DNA from: Candidatus Altarchaeum sp. CG2_30_32_3053
GTDB taxonomy: Archaea; Altiarchaeota; Altiarchaeia; Altiarchaeales; Altiarchaeaceae
NCBI GenBank assembly: GCA_001873845.1
Contig: MNZY01000241.1
Coordinates: 1 to 35,048, forward strand
Length of the DNA: 35,048 nt
Reading direction: 5' to 3'
Shown here: positions 21,901 to 32,006 of the stretch, piece by piece
How the letters are laid out: each line of letters begins with the position of its first letter
How positions within the stretch are numbered: the first letter of the stretch is position 1
Position numbers and translations under genes: made by a program
Notes under the pieces: model-generated
Databases searched by the model: none
What the model was told of the DNA's origin: nothing
Seen by the model: only the letters and a program-made list of their open reading frames with translations

Positions 21901-22247
21901 GAGCAAAAGGGCCGGTCCAGATGCTTACAAGACAACCAACGGAAGGTAGGGCAAAGCATGGGGGCTTAAGATTTGGGGAAATGGAAAGGGACTGCTTAAT
22001 CGGGCATGGTGCATCTGCGGTCTTAAGAGACAGATTGCTTGAGGAGTCCGATAAAGTTAAAGTGCCTGTTTGTTCAAAATGTGGAGTAATAGCAATTCGT
22101 GATTATGAAAGAAACAAACTTTACTGTCCTGTTTGCAGGGACTCTCAGGTATACGAGGTTGAAATACCTTATGCTTTTAAACTTTTAGCTGCAGAACTAT
22201 TAGGATTAGGAATTGTTATAAGATTTAAATTAGAAGATAAAATTTAA
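18981..22247 (+). CDS. rpoB: DNA-directed RNA polymerase subunit B (Rpo2, unsplit)
   Basis: GGYFIINGNER, ETPEG, GYNMEDA, GDKMASRYGQKG, GLRFGEMERD and a C-terminal Zn ribbon. Confidence 0.99.
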   Translation: MLRMTDFLDKDTIMKYQIDSYNWLIDEGLQQVINERKILPVNIEGYTLNLKKIKVVPLCKETEGGLKNRPVLEYRIKNITYHARMILTVEKISKKKDKWGNEKEESRDIDIVIGHIPIMLKSKICLLNKLSDDKLIAKGEDPEDPGGYFIINGNERVLIGVEDIAPNKIIVTFDDNLGKKSAMAKVSSVRHGFRSRTTVEKPENYPSISVSFPGAINVPFGFLSHALGLTNSEIMELFDEDTRAEILPTLTEESSDEAFKKLCRKISFGHAEEYQELRTEQTIDNFLLPHIGNNRKDRKAKAKFLAIMAKKAIRLLQKNRTEDDKDHYQNKRVRLAGDLLQELFRVSFSMLLKDIKYQLEKQYTRKRDVNVSNAVRSRTMDERIEFALATGNWTGGRSGISQVLDRTTFLSSISHRRRISLLLEKTRPHFEARDVHATQWGRVSANETPEGKNCGLVKNLTVGAIVSKERDDSKIREKLEKICSQSKYNTDVYVNGVLMGSHPEPGKLVENLREERRNGKIPYDTSIVYEEKNNEVQIYSDVGRVMRPLIVAKNLDKKANAMIKDVIEKKAKFENLVNKGVVEYLDAAEEEEAYIAITKDRLTKEHTHIEITPSILVSIAEGYIPFANYNSAPRVEMASAMAKQAVGIPTVSFPSRLDTLMHVMVYPQRPMVRTDISEIFHFDKMPAGQNFVVALLSYKGYNMEDAIVINQSSIERGMGRSTFYRTYTAEEVHYHGAQQDRFEIPKEDVEGHLSADVYKNLSSDGIILPETEFKGEDVLIGKTAPPRFLEEISMFGRIAERRREASVTANEMESGWVDSVVLTETDEGNTMVKIKTRSPKIPEIGDKMASRYGQKGVIGMIERHEDMPFTNEGIVPDLIMNPHAIPSRTTVGHLIEMLGGTAGCLDGRFIDGTTFENEKEKNLRTILEKSGFKNSGKQILYDGRTGEKIEAEIFIGVVYYQRLHHMVSNKIHIRAKGPVQMLTRQPTEGRAKHGGLRFGEMERDCLIGHGASAVLRDRLLEESDKVKVPVCSKCGVIAIRDYERNKLYCPVCRDSQVYEVEIPYAFKLLAAELLGLGIVIRFKLEDKI

Positions 22248-22281
22248 CCATAAAATTTAAAAATTTAAAATAAACATTAAA

Positions 22282-24798
22282 ATGTCTCTCCAAAAGAAGA
22301 TTGGGTCAGTACAGTTTGAACTGGCTTCGGAAGATCTTATAAGAAAATTATCTGTTGCAGAAATAAAGGATCCGACAACTTATTCGGATGATGGATACCC
22401 TGTGGTAGGGGGGTTGATGGATCCGCGACTTGGTGTGATTGACCCCGGAATAAAATGCAAAATATGCAATGGCAGAATGAGTGAGTGCCTTGGGCACATA
22501 GGACATATTGAACTTATAAGACCTGTTGTTCATATTGGTTATGCAAAAGAGATATTTAGAATATTAGAGTTGACCTGCAGGAAATGTGGCAAACTAAAAT
22601 TTACAGAAGATGAGAAGAAAAAATTTAAGGAAGCTGTTGATAATAATAAAGACCTTGCTATGAAAATAGAAAGTGAAGTAAAGAAGAGGAATGAGGAATC
22701 GTGCCGGCATTGCGGGGAAGAACCAATGAAAATAAAATTTGTAAAGCCATATTCGTATTATTATCTTGTAGGAAAAGAAGAAGAATATCCCATATTAATA
22801 ACAGATATTGAAGAGTGGCTTAAGAAAATCAAAGACGAGGATATGGAATATTTAAGAATAAGGGTCAGGCCTGAAAATATGATTTTAAGGGCTCTGCCTG
22901 TTATGTCAATACTTTCAAGACCTTCCATAACCTTGGAATCATCTACGAGAAGTGAAGATGATTTGACGCATAAGCTTGTGGACATATTGAGGATAAATGA
23001 AAGAATAAAGGCAACAATTGATTCCGGGGCACCGCAGATTATAATTGAGGACCTATGGAACTTATTACAATACCATGTGGCAACATATTTTGACAATGAA
23101 TTGAGCGGCGTTCCTCCTGCAAGACACAGAAGCGGACGGCCTTTAAAAACAATATGCCAGCGGTTAAAGGGAAAGGAAGGGCGGTTTAGAAATAATCTTT
23201 CCGGAAAAAGGGTAAATTTTTCAGCGAGAACAGTGATAAGTCCTGACCCGAATATAGATATTGATGAACTGGGTGTTCCGGAACTTATTGCAAAAGAAAT
23301 GTCTGTTCCAGAGAGGGCAAATGAATACAATATAGAAATATTGAGAAAATACATATTAAACGGAGGCAATTATCCTGGTGCATCCAAAATTGTTACAGGT
23401 GATGGAAAAAGTAAGAGAATCCTGGAAATCAATAAAGAAGAGCTCGCAAAGGGCTTAAACGCAGGAGACCTTGTTGAAAGACACATTATGAACGGAGACA
23501 TTGTAATATTTAACAGGCAGCCATCGCTTCATATCGTCTCTATGATGTGTCACAAAGTCAGGATTATGAAAGGAAGAACATTCAGAATAAATCCCGCTGT
23601 TTGTGCACCATATAATGCGGACTTCGATGGAGATGAAATGAATATGCATGTGTGTCAAAGCGAGGAAGCAGTTGTAGAGGAGGAGGTCTTAATGAAAATT
23701 AACCAGCACATTATATCACCAAGATATGGTGGGCCAATCATAGGGGGAAGACATGACCATGTTTCAGGAACGTATCTTTTAAGTAACAAAGAAAAAATCT
23801 CAAGAGAAACGGCATTACAAATAACAGGCGGGATTGTGGAACTTCCGGAAGAAAAGGCGGACTTTACCGGAAAGGAAATATTTTCATTATTGCTGCCAAA
23901 AGATATAAATGTTGCTTATGTAAATAAATTTAATGAGAAGATAATAATAGAGGATGGAAAATTAAAGGAAGGGAGCATTGATGCAGAAAGCATGGCAGGG
24001 GAGTTGATAATGGAATTATTCAATAAGTATGGCGCAGATGCAGCAGCGGATTTTATAAATAAATCAACAAGGATGGCAATCAGAGTATTAGAAATATACG
24101 GGCTTACATTAGGAATTGACTCAACTGACATGAAAGGTGATGCGGTACAAAAAATAAACAACCTGCTGGATGAGGCAGAAAATAAAATTGCAGAATATAT
24201 AATTCAAAAGGAAAAAGGGGAATTAAAGCCAATAGTCGGAAAGTCACTGGAAGATGCCCTGGAGGACTACATAATGATAGAGCTTAGTAAGGCCAGAGAT
24301 AAATGTGGAAAGATTGCTGCATCCTCACTTGTTGATACAACCCCTATAATTATGGCAAAGACGGGCGCAAGGGGTAGTTTGCTTAATGTTACACAAATGT
24401 CCGCAACAGTCGGACAACAGGCAGTCAGGGGAAAAAGAATAAAAAGAGGGTATATAGACAGAACATTATCTTCATTTAAGAGACATGACTTTTCACCTTC
24501 GGCGTGCGGTTTTGTCAGGTCATCATTTAAGGATGGAATAAGTCCAACGGAATATTTCTTTCATGCAATGGGAGGAAGGGAAACACTGGTTGATACCGCA
24601 ATTAGAACAGGAAGAAGCGGATATTTGCAAAGGCGGCTTATAAACTCTTTACTTGACCTAAAGGTTGATGAAAACAGGGCTGTGCGGGACAGCGGTGGAA
24701 ATATCATCCAGTTTTTGTATGGTGAAGATGGCGTAGATGTTTCACGAAAGACACTGCTCTATAAAAAAGAAAAAGATGTCTTTGAATGGTTTTCATAA
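22282..24798 (+). CDS. rpoA1: DNA-directed RNA polymerase subunit A' (Rpo1N)
   Basis: Zn-binding cysteines, FNRQPSLH, catalytic NADFDGD and bridge helix SGYLQRRL. Confidence 0.99.
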   Translation: MSLQKKIGSVQFELASEDLIRKLSVAEIKDPTTYSDDGYPVVGGLMDPRLGVIDPGIKCKICNGRMSECLGHIGHIELIRPVVHIGYAKEIFRILELTCRKCGKLKFTEDEKKKFKEAVDNNKDLAMKIESEVKKRNEESCRHCGEEPMKIKFVKPYSYYYLVGKEEEYPILITDIEEWLKKIKDEDMEYLRIRVRPENMILRALPVMSILSRPSITLESSTRSEDDLTHKLVDILRINERIKATIDSGAPQIIIEDLWNLLQYHVATYFDNELSGVPPARHRSGRPLKTICQRLKGKEGRFRNNLSGKRVNFSARTVISPDPNIDIDELGVPELIAKEMSVPERANEYNIEILRKYILNGGNYPGASKIVTGDGKSKRILEINKEELAKGLNAGDLVERHIMNGDIVIFNRQPSLHIVSMMCHKVRIMKGRTFRINPAVCAPYNADFDGDEMNMHVCQSEEAVVEEEVLMKINQHIISPRYGGPIIGGRHDHVSGTYLLSNKEKISRETALQITGGIVELPEEKADFTGKEIFSLLLPKDINVAYVNKFNEKIIIEDGKLKEGSIDAESMAGELIMELFNKYGADAAADFINKSTRMAIRVLEIYGLTLGIDSTDMKGDAVQKINNLLDEAENKIAEYIIQKEKGELKPIVGKSLEDALEDYIMIELSKARDKCGKIAASSLVDTTPIIMAKTGARGSLLNVTQMSATVGQQAVRGKRIKRGYIDRTLSSFKRHDFSPSACGFVRSSFKDGISPTEYFFHAMGGRETLVDTAIRTGRSGYLQRRLINSLLDLKVDENRAVRDSGGNIIQFLYGEDGVDVSRKTLLYKKEKDVFEWFS

Positions 24799-24816
24799 AA
24801 TTTAAAATAATTGTAA

Positions 24817-25920
<1,104 letters not shown>

Positions 25921-26033
25921 AAAAGCAATAAAATTTTATTTTTATTATTTATTTATTTAATATTTAAGTTCTAATTATATATAAATTTTTAATTTAGATA
26001 ATTAACAGATTAAAAGATACTAGCTATTTTGAA

Positions 26034-26324
26034 ATGGATTTGAAAACAGCATTAAGCGTTTGTGTTAAAACAGGCAAAACATATTTGGGAAAGAAAGAAA
26101 CAATGCGCGCGTTATTGGTGGGAAATCCCAAAAAAGTAATTATAAGTAATGATTGCAGGGATAAAAACAGGATAGAATATTACTGTAAACTTTCGGGTAC
26201 TGATCATATAGGGGTTAATTTAAGCAGTTTGACATTGGGAGAATATTGCGGGAAACCGTTTCCTATTTCATCATTGACAATAATTAATCCAGGAGATTCA
26301 AATATCTTAGATATGAAAGAGTGA
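26034..26324 (+). CDS. rpl30e: 50S ribosomal protein L30e
   Basis: VKTGK..LG, LGEYCGKPF and INPGDSNI motifs; canonical position after rpoA2. Confidence 0.96.
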   Translation: MDLKTALSVCVKTGKTYLGKKETMRALLVGNPKKVIISNDCRDKNRIEYYCKLSGTDHIGVNLSSLTLGEYCGKPFPISSLTIINPGDSNILDMKE

Positions 26325-26911
26325 ATACTATAAGGTGGAGTGCGGACGATATAAAGAACATGACCTTGTTTGAAATACTTACTGGTGTGTCCGCCAGGGA
26401 TTGTGTTAGCGTTGGGGATGCTATGGGATTTTTAGTTGATGAAAATGATATGGGGATGGCAATTGGCAGAAATGGCGAGAGTATAGATAAAGTTAGAGGC
26501 AAGTTGGGAAAGCAGGTATTTTTAATGCAATATTCATCAGATATACAAAAATTTATAATGTATTCATTGCATCCTGCTTATGTTAAAAGTGTGAGGATTT
26601 TAGATACAACAAACGGGAAAATTGCATCAGCAGATATATCTAAGGAAGACTATAAAAAAGCAGTTGGTGAAGGTAATAAAAAGATTGCAATAGCGAAATT
26701 GTTTGCCCAGAGGATGTTCGATATATCAGATATTATTATAAAAACAGACATGTCTGAGATGCCTCACCAGAATAGAAATATTCCGCGGTTCAACAGTAAT
26801 TTTAGAAGAGGCGAGACCTTTAGAAAAGAGCAGGCGTATGATAGAGGAGATATAAATTTTTCGCACAAAAAAACCGACAAAGGAGACAGAGGACACAAAT
26901 TTAACAAGTAA
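26321..26911 (+). CDS. nusA: Archaeal NusA (two KH domains) with a basic C-terminal extension
   Basis: FEILTG...DC, GMAIGRNG and KAVGEG KH loops; GTG start overlaps the rpl30e stop. Confidence 0.92.
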   Translation: MNTIRWSADDIKNMTLFEILTGVSARDCVSVGDAMGFLVDENDMGMAIGRNGESIDKVRGKLGKQVFLMQYSSDIQKFIMYSLHPAYVKSVRILDTTNGKIASADISKEDYKKAVGEGNKKIAIAKLFAQRMFDISDIIIKTDMSEMPHQNRNIPRFNSNFRRGETFRKEQAYDRGDINFSHKKTDKGDRGHKFNK

Positions 26912-26958
26912 TAAAGTAACAGGTAATAAACAGGCAGTAAAAATATTATTGTCTGAAA

Positions 26959-27159
26959 ATGGATGAGGACTTTGTATCTGCGCTCGTAGATGCAGTTAAA
27001 GTAATTATAAGTAATTATGCTCTTTGTTGTGATAGTTGTTGTATTGTGGTTTTTAATATTGCAGATAAATCAGATAGTTTTTAATATTGCAGATAAATCA
27101 GATAGTTTTTAATATTGCAGATAAATCAGATATTTAAAATTTATAAACTTAAAATTTAA
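26959..27159 (+). pseudogene. Frameshifted paralogue of the small membrane peptide at 27210
   Basis: Starts MDEDFVS. Removing one copy of a 10-bp duplication (AAGTAATTAT) restores MDEDFVSALVDAVKVIMLFVVIVVVLWFLILQINQI... Confidence 0.6.
27049..27132. repeat. 28-bp perfect tandem repeat x3
   Basis: GTTTTTAATATTGCAGATAAATCAGATA x3. Confidence 0.95.
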
Positions 27160-27162
27160 AAC

Positions 27163-27208
27163 ATAAATTTAACCAACAATAAATTTAACCAACAATAAAT
27201 TTAACCAA
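27163..27208. repeat. 16-bp tandem repeat ATAAATTTAACCAACA, about 3 copies
   Basis: Seen directly, abutting the ATG at 27210. Confidence 0.9.
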
Positions 27209-27209
27209 A

Positions 27210-27308
27210 ATGGATGAGGACCTTGTATCACTTACTGTAGGAGGTGTTATAACCGTCGTGTGGGTGATACTTGTAATGTGGTTTTTAATGGTTGCATTTG
27301 GAATTTAA
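27210..27308 (+). CDS. 32-aa single-pass membrane peptide MDEDLVSLTVGGVITVVWVILVMWFLMVAFGI
   Basis: Translated by hand; AAA-ATG context; higher GC than its flanks; one hydrophobic helix; paralogue 251 bp upstream. Confidence 0.6.
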   Translation: MDEDLVSLTVGGVITVVWVILVMWFLMVAFGI

Positions 27309-27351
27309 GAAAGTAAAAAAGCAATTTGAAAATAATAAATTAATAAATTTG

Positions 27352-27390
27352 GTGCATTATATTTTAGTGCATTATATTTTAGTGCATTAT
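27352..27390. repeat. 15-bp tandem repeat GTGCATTATATTTTA x2.6
   Basis: Seen directly. Confidence 0.85.
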
Positions 27391-27485
27391 GTGATAGAGT
27401 AATTGCTTTTTAAAATTTTGCCTATAAATTTTCACAGAAATAAGGAATAAATTTAATTTTTACCTGGTTATTTTATATATTTATT

Positions 27486-27782
27486 TCACTTTATATTACA
27501 TTCGCACGGATTTTTTCTGCATTTTGGACAGCCATTTTCATACTTGTTAATTACACATTTTTCAATATCAATTCCGTACAAATTTGCCTCCGAACACAAC
27601 CACGCAAACACATCAGCGAATTCTGCTTCCATTGCTTCGTTTTTCTTATCACTTTTCCTGATTTCTTTTGCTAATTCCCCGATTTCTTCTATCAGCCAGA
27701 TAAATGTTTTTTCCTTTCCTCGCTTTGAATCATTGTCAAAATAAATTTCCTTTATATGCCTTTGAAATTCGGAAATTTCCAT
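27486..27782 (-). CDS. MazG-like nucleotide pyrophosphohydrolase
   Basis: WLIEEIGELA ... EFADVFAWL and C-terminal CPKC...PCEC. Confidence 0.88.
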   Translation of the reverse strand: MEISEFQRHIKEIYFDNDSKRGKEKTFIWLIEEIGELAKEIRKSDKKNEAMEAEFADVFAWLCSEANLYGIDIEKCVINKYENGCPKCRKNPCECNIK

Positions 27783-27820
27783 TTAAAAAATTTAAAAATT
27801 TTCTACATAAATTATAAAAT

Positions 27821-28666
27821 TTATTTCACAAAGGACAAAATACCTTCCCTGATTATCTTTGTCGCTGTCATTGCAGTTATTCCACTCACATCAATCATAG
27901 GATTTACCTCAACGACATCAAAGCCAACAATATCAAAATTTTTTAATGAATCTAAAATTTTAAACATATCGTTTGAAGTTATTCCTCCTGGTTCGGGTGT
28001 TCCGACACCAGGGGCATAAGCCGGGTCAAGCACATCTATATCAATCGTCAGATAAACCTTTTTGTCTATATTTAGTTCATCCAGGATCTCTAAAATTTGA
28101 GGTGTGTCGTATTTATGAAGCGGGAAAAAATTCGTCTTTTCTGCAAATTTTTGTTCTTCTTCATCGCTTGACCTTATTCCGAATTGATATATATTTTCAA
28201 AGCCAATATCGTTCCCGATTAAATTCATAACGCATGCGTGGGAAAATTTTTCAAAACCATATTTTGTTCTTAAATCAGCATGGGCATCAAATTGTATCAC
28301 TGCGACATCTTTATAAATTTCTTTCAGCGCCTTTACGATTCCATAACTTACAGTATGCTCTCCACCAAGTCCGACTATAAATTTGTCTGATTTTGATAAC
28401 TCTCTTATTCGTTCGGAAATTTCAGAGATAACATGCTGTGGATTTGTATAAAATCTTGTATCTCCTGCATCAAAAATTTTTATGTCTCCGATGCTTCTTT
28501 CAAGTGCCATGCTGTAAAATTCCAGATTGTACGATGCGTCTCTTATTGCTCTTGGCCCAAGTCGTGTTCCTGGTTTAAAACTGGTTGTTGAATCAAATGG
28601 CATTCCGAATATACATGCATCAGCATCTTCTTTTTCCGAATTGGCAAATAAAAATTTATCTCCCAT
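27821..28666 (-). CDS. speB: Agmatinase
   Basis: GGEH, DAHAD, SHA, DIDVLDPAYAPG.GTPEPGG and VEVNP ureohydrolase motifs. Confidence 0.93.
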   Translation of the reverse strand: MGDKFLFANSEKEDADACIFGMPFDSTTSFKPGTRLGPRAIRDASYNLEFYSMALERSIGDIKIFDAGDTRFYTNPQHVISEISERIRELSKSDKFIVGLGGEHTVSYGIVKALKEIYKDVAVIQFDAHADLRTKYGFEKFSHACVMNLIGNDIGFENIYQFGIRSSDEEEQKFAEKTNFFPLHKYDTPQILEILDELNIDKKVYLTIDIDVLDPAYAPGVGTPEPGGITSNDMFKILDSLKNFDIVGFDVVEVNPMIDVSGITAMTATKIIREGILSFVK

Positions 28667-28888
28667 TTTAAATAAGCGGATAAAATTAAGGGGTTATTTA
28701 AAAATCTTAAAGATTTGCAAATATCCAAACGAAGTGAAACGATTGCCAAAATCAACAGATTTTGAAAATCTCCGAGCAACAGCGAGGTGATTGCCAAATT
28801 TAAAAATTGCAGGATTTCAAATTTTAATAAATTTTTTCAATATAAAAATTTTATTCTACAAATTTAATTAACTACAAATTTAATTAAC

Positions 28889-28980
28889 TTTTCGGATGAT
28901 GATATTGACCTATTCTGAAACGCCTTACAGACATAATTAAGAGATATATTTTGTGATGAAAAACAGGTGTCTGACGAAAA
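28889..28980 (+). ncRNA. Box C/D methylation-guide sRNA (candidate)
   Basis: Terminal stem TTTTCG / CGAAAA; C box ATGATGA 28896-28902; D' CTGA 28915-28918; C' GTGATGA 28953-28959; D CTGA 28971-28974; 12- and 11-nt guides. Confidence 0.78.
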
Positions 28981-29035
28981 TTTAGATAGTTTATTAAAAA
29001 TCGGAAAATTTAAACGCATAAAAATTATAGAAAGT

Positions 29036-30469
29036 ATGGAAAAGCCAAAAAATGTATTGATTATTGGTTCGGGGCCAATACTAATCGGACAGGCAGCGGA
29101 ATTTGATTACAGCGGAACACAGGCATGCCTGACATTAAAAGAAGAAGGTATTAAGACAATACTTATAAATCCAAATCCTGCCACAATAATGACAGATAGT
29201 GATATTGCTGATCGGATATATATTGAGCCGCTGACAGTTGAAATTTTAGAGAAGATTATTGAAAGAGAAAAGATTGACGGGATTTTATCTACGATGGGCG
29301 GCCAGATAGGATTAAATCTATCTATGGAATTGCAGGATGCGGGAATTTTGGACAAGTATAATGTAAAGATTTTAGGAACACCAGTTGAAGCAATCAGAAA
29401 CGGGGAAGACAGAGAAAGATTTGCCAATTTAATGAAAAAAATCAGTGAAAATATTCCTGTAAGTAAGGCAGTCTCATCTGTTGAAGAGGCAAAAAATTTT
29501 GCAGAAGAAATTTCTTATCCTGTTATTGTCCGACCTGGATTTACGCTCGGGGGAACAGGCGGAGGAATCGCGCATAATGACAATGAGATTGAAAAAATCG
29601 CTAAAAACGGACTTTATTATAGTTTGAATCATCAGGTTTTGATAGAAAAGAGTATATATGGCTGGTATGAATATGAATATGAGGTTGTCAGGGATAACAA
29701 AGATAATTGTGTTATTATTTGCAGTATGGAAAATGTTGATCCTGTTGGAATTCATACCGGAGAAAGTATTGTTGTAGCACCTTCACAGACATTAACCGAT
29801 AATGATAACAGAGTCCTTAAAGAAGCATCTGTAAAAATAGTAAGGGCATTGGATGTCAGGGGTGGTTGTAATGTTCAGTTCGGAGTCCATCCGGAAACAA
29901 TGGAGCATATTGTTATTGAGGTAAATCCGAGAATGTCAAGGTCTTCCGCACTGGCATCCAAAGCAACCGGTTATCCAATCGCGAGAATTGCCACAAAAAT
30001 TGCAATAGGAAAAAATTTAGATGAAATTCCAAATGCTATTACAAAAAAGACAATGGCATTCTTTGAGCCTGCACTTGACTATGTCGTTGTGAAAATTCCA
30101 AGATGGCCGTTTGATAAATTCAGGACTGCTGATAAACACATTGGAACGCAGATGAAAAGCACTGGAGAGGTTATGGCCATTGGCAGAAATTTTGAAGAGG
30201 CGTTTCAGAAGGCAATAAGAAGCTTGGATATAAAAAAATACGGGCTTGAAAACATAAGCGACGATATTGACGAAATACGGAAAAATCTGATTAATCCGAC
30301 AGATGACAGGATGTTTTATATTTACAGTGCTTTTGGATTTATGGGCGTTGATGAAATTTGTGAACTGACAAAGATAAGTAAATTTTTCATTGAAAAGATA
30401 AAGCATATTTATGATTTGGAAAATGAGGTAATTAAAATATTGGGTGCTGACCCACTAAAATCAGGATAA
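29036..30469 (+). CDS. carB: Carbamoyl-phosphate synthase large subunit, N-terminal half only (CarB1-like or truncated); start re-assigned to ATG 29036
   Basis: [44 protein letters not shown] and MKSTGEVM; 477 aa; last 8 residues come from a mobile-element end. Confidence 0.9.
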   Translation: MEKPKNVLIIGSGPILIGQAAEFDYSGTQACLTLKEEGIKTILINPNPATIMTDSDIADRIYIEPLTVEILEKIIEREKIDGILSTMGGQIGLNLSMELQDAGILDKYNVKILGTPVEAIRNGEDRERFANLMKKISENIPVSKAVSSVEEAKNFAEEISYPVIVRPGFTLGGTGGGIAHNDNEIEKIAKNGLYYSLNHQVLIEKSIYGWYEYEYEVVRDNKDNCVIICSMENVDPVGIHTGESIVVAPSQTLTDNDNRVLKEASVKIVRALDVRGGCNVQFGVHPETMEHIVIEVNPRMSRSSALASKATGYPIARIATKIAIGKNLDEIPNAITKKTMAFFEPALDYVVVKIPRWPFDKFRTADKHIGTQMKSTGEVMAIGRNFEEAFQKAIRSLDIKKYGLENISDDIDEIRKNLINPTDDRMFYIYSAFGFMGVDEICELTKISKFFIEKIKHIYDLENEVIKILGADPLKSG

Positions 30470-30651
30470 TTATATTTGATCAATATTGGGAGGCAATCCG
30501 CTCTTATTTTATGTAGGTACGAGGGCAATTTACCCACACTTATTGAGCAAGTCCATTAATTCCTATTAATTGACGCCTATTTTTTATGATGATTTGGAAA
30601 TATATGCTATAAAATAAAAATTTCGTATTTTTTTGGCGGCCGAATAGTTAC
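30443..30651. mobile_element. Composite IS remnant: IS1-like end (30443-30477) and an orphan ...GCCGAATAGTTAC end (30625-30651)
   Basis: 30443-30474 is the near-identical reverse complement of 11085-11116. 30625-30651 resembles the right end at 31925-31951. Confidence 0.7.
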
Positions 30652-30705
30652 TAAAATTTAACCAGAATATAATTAATTGGACATTCAATTACAATAACTC
30701 TTAAA

Positions 30706-31641
30706 ATGATTCATTCATCAGCACCCGGAAAACTAATGCTCTTCGGAGAACACAGCGTTGTTTATGGAAATCCGTGTATAGCAACGAGTATTAATAAACG
30801 ACTTGATGTTTATTTAGATGATAAAAAAAATGAAGTTATGAATCCTCCGATAATTGATGCACTCGGAATCAGGGCAAAATTTCCTTCTGATTGGACACAG
30901 CACAAATTTTTAAATTTAACCATTGCGAAATTTTTTGAGAAATACGGGCGCAAAAATTTTGAACTGACAACAAAACCGATACCGAAGGGATTAGGCAGTT
31001 CATCTGCGGTTGTTGCTGCAGCAGTAAAAGCACTTTCAGTCCTTTATAACTTAACAATGATGGATGACGAAATTTTTAAATTTTCTTATGAAATAGTCAA
31101 AGAAGGCCAGAACGGAAAAGCATCTGGCTATGATATTGCTGTTGCTGTCTATGGCGGGACAATAATGTATGAAAACAAATATGGATGCATTAAGATAAAG
31201 AAATTAACGAATATTAAAAATTTAATCGCTATTGATACAGGTGTTAAGTCCTCAACAACAGACATTGTCAGGGAAATTTCCGAAAAAAAAAGAAATTGCC
31301 AACAAATTTTTGACGGAATTTTTAAAATTATAAACAAAATCGTTGATGAAGGCGAAAAGAAAATAACCAACGAAAATTACGAAGGTCTCGGCGAACTGAT
31401 GAATATAAATCACGGAATTTTAAATGCGATGGGATTAAGCACTTCTGAAATTGAAATTTTAATTAATGAAATAATGCCATACTGTTACGGGGCAAAAATT
31501 TCAGGTGCGGGAAGAGGTGATTATATAATAGCAATTTGTAAGGATTCATACAGGGAAAATTTAATGAATTATCTGCGCGGGAGAAAAATTGAATATTTTG
31601 AAATTTTGCAGGATAAAGGGATTAATGTTGAAATTTGGTAA
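30706..31641 (+). CDS. mvk: Mevalonate kinase (GHMP family)
   Basis: APGKLMLFGEHSVVYG, PKGLGSSSA, SGYD, GELMNINH and GAKISGAGRG. Confidence 0.88.
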   Translation: MIHSSAPGKLMLFGEHSVVYGNPCIATSINKRLDVYLDDKKNEVMNPPIIDALGIRAKFPSDWTQHKFLNLTIAKFFEKYGRKNFELTTKPIPKGLGSSSAVVAAAVKALSVLYNLTMMDDEIFKFSYEIVKEGQNGKASGYDIAVAVYGGTIMYENKYGCIKIKKLTNIKNLIAIDTGVKSSTTDIVREISEKKRNCQQIFDGIFKIINKIVDEGEKKITNENYEGLGELMNINHGILNAMGLSTSEIEILINEIMPYCYGAKISGAGRGDYIIAICKDSYRENLMNYLRGRKIEYFEILQDKGINVEIW

Positions 31642-31951
31642 CTACTCAGGAGGTAGGAAATTTACATCTGAAAATTTCAAAAAAATACGATTTTAAAATT
31701 TATGAAATTTCAAAAGACACGAACGAAGTGAGTGGAACAAAGTGAGCGTAAAAATCAAAAATTTACCTATAATTTTTTTAGGGTGGCTGAGTAGTTACAG
31801 GAAATTTACCTCTGAAAATTTCAAAAGACACGAACGAAGTGAGTGGAACAAAGTGAGCGTAAAAATCAAAAATTTACCTATAATTTTCAAAATGAAATTT
31901 TGTAAATATCCGAATGATAGTGAGCGTATTTTTTAGGGGCTGAGTAGTTAC
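31638..31951. mobile_element. 314-bp dimeric MITE with GTAACTACTCAG...CTGAGTAGTTAC TIRs and an 8-bp TSD (GAAATTTG)
   Basis: Perfect 12-bp TIRs; TSD at 31630-31637 and 31952-31959; an internal second right end at 31787-31798; an internal direct repeat of about 70 bp. Confidence 0.9.
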
Positions 31952-32006
31952 GAAATTTGTTGAAATAAGATTTATAAAATGGATTTATAATTTTAATTTT
32001 TATAAA

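Noticed and set aside
27049-27208. Possible CRISPR array (28-bp and 16-bp repeats)
   Set aside because: Units are contiguous, with no unique spacers, and there are no cas genes in the window.
28967-29035. ORF-track N-terminal extension of carB (GTG start)
   Set aside because: Overlaps the D box and stem of the C/D sRNA candidate; CarB homology begins at [11 protein letters not shown] (29036).
31700-31930. Repeats of about 70 bp as CRISPR, and the minus-strand ORF 31742-31936
   Set aside because: Explained by the internal duplication of a TIR/TSD-bounded MITE; the ORF only mirrors the repeat.
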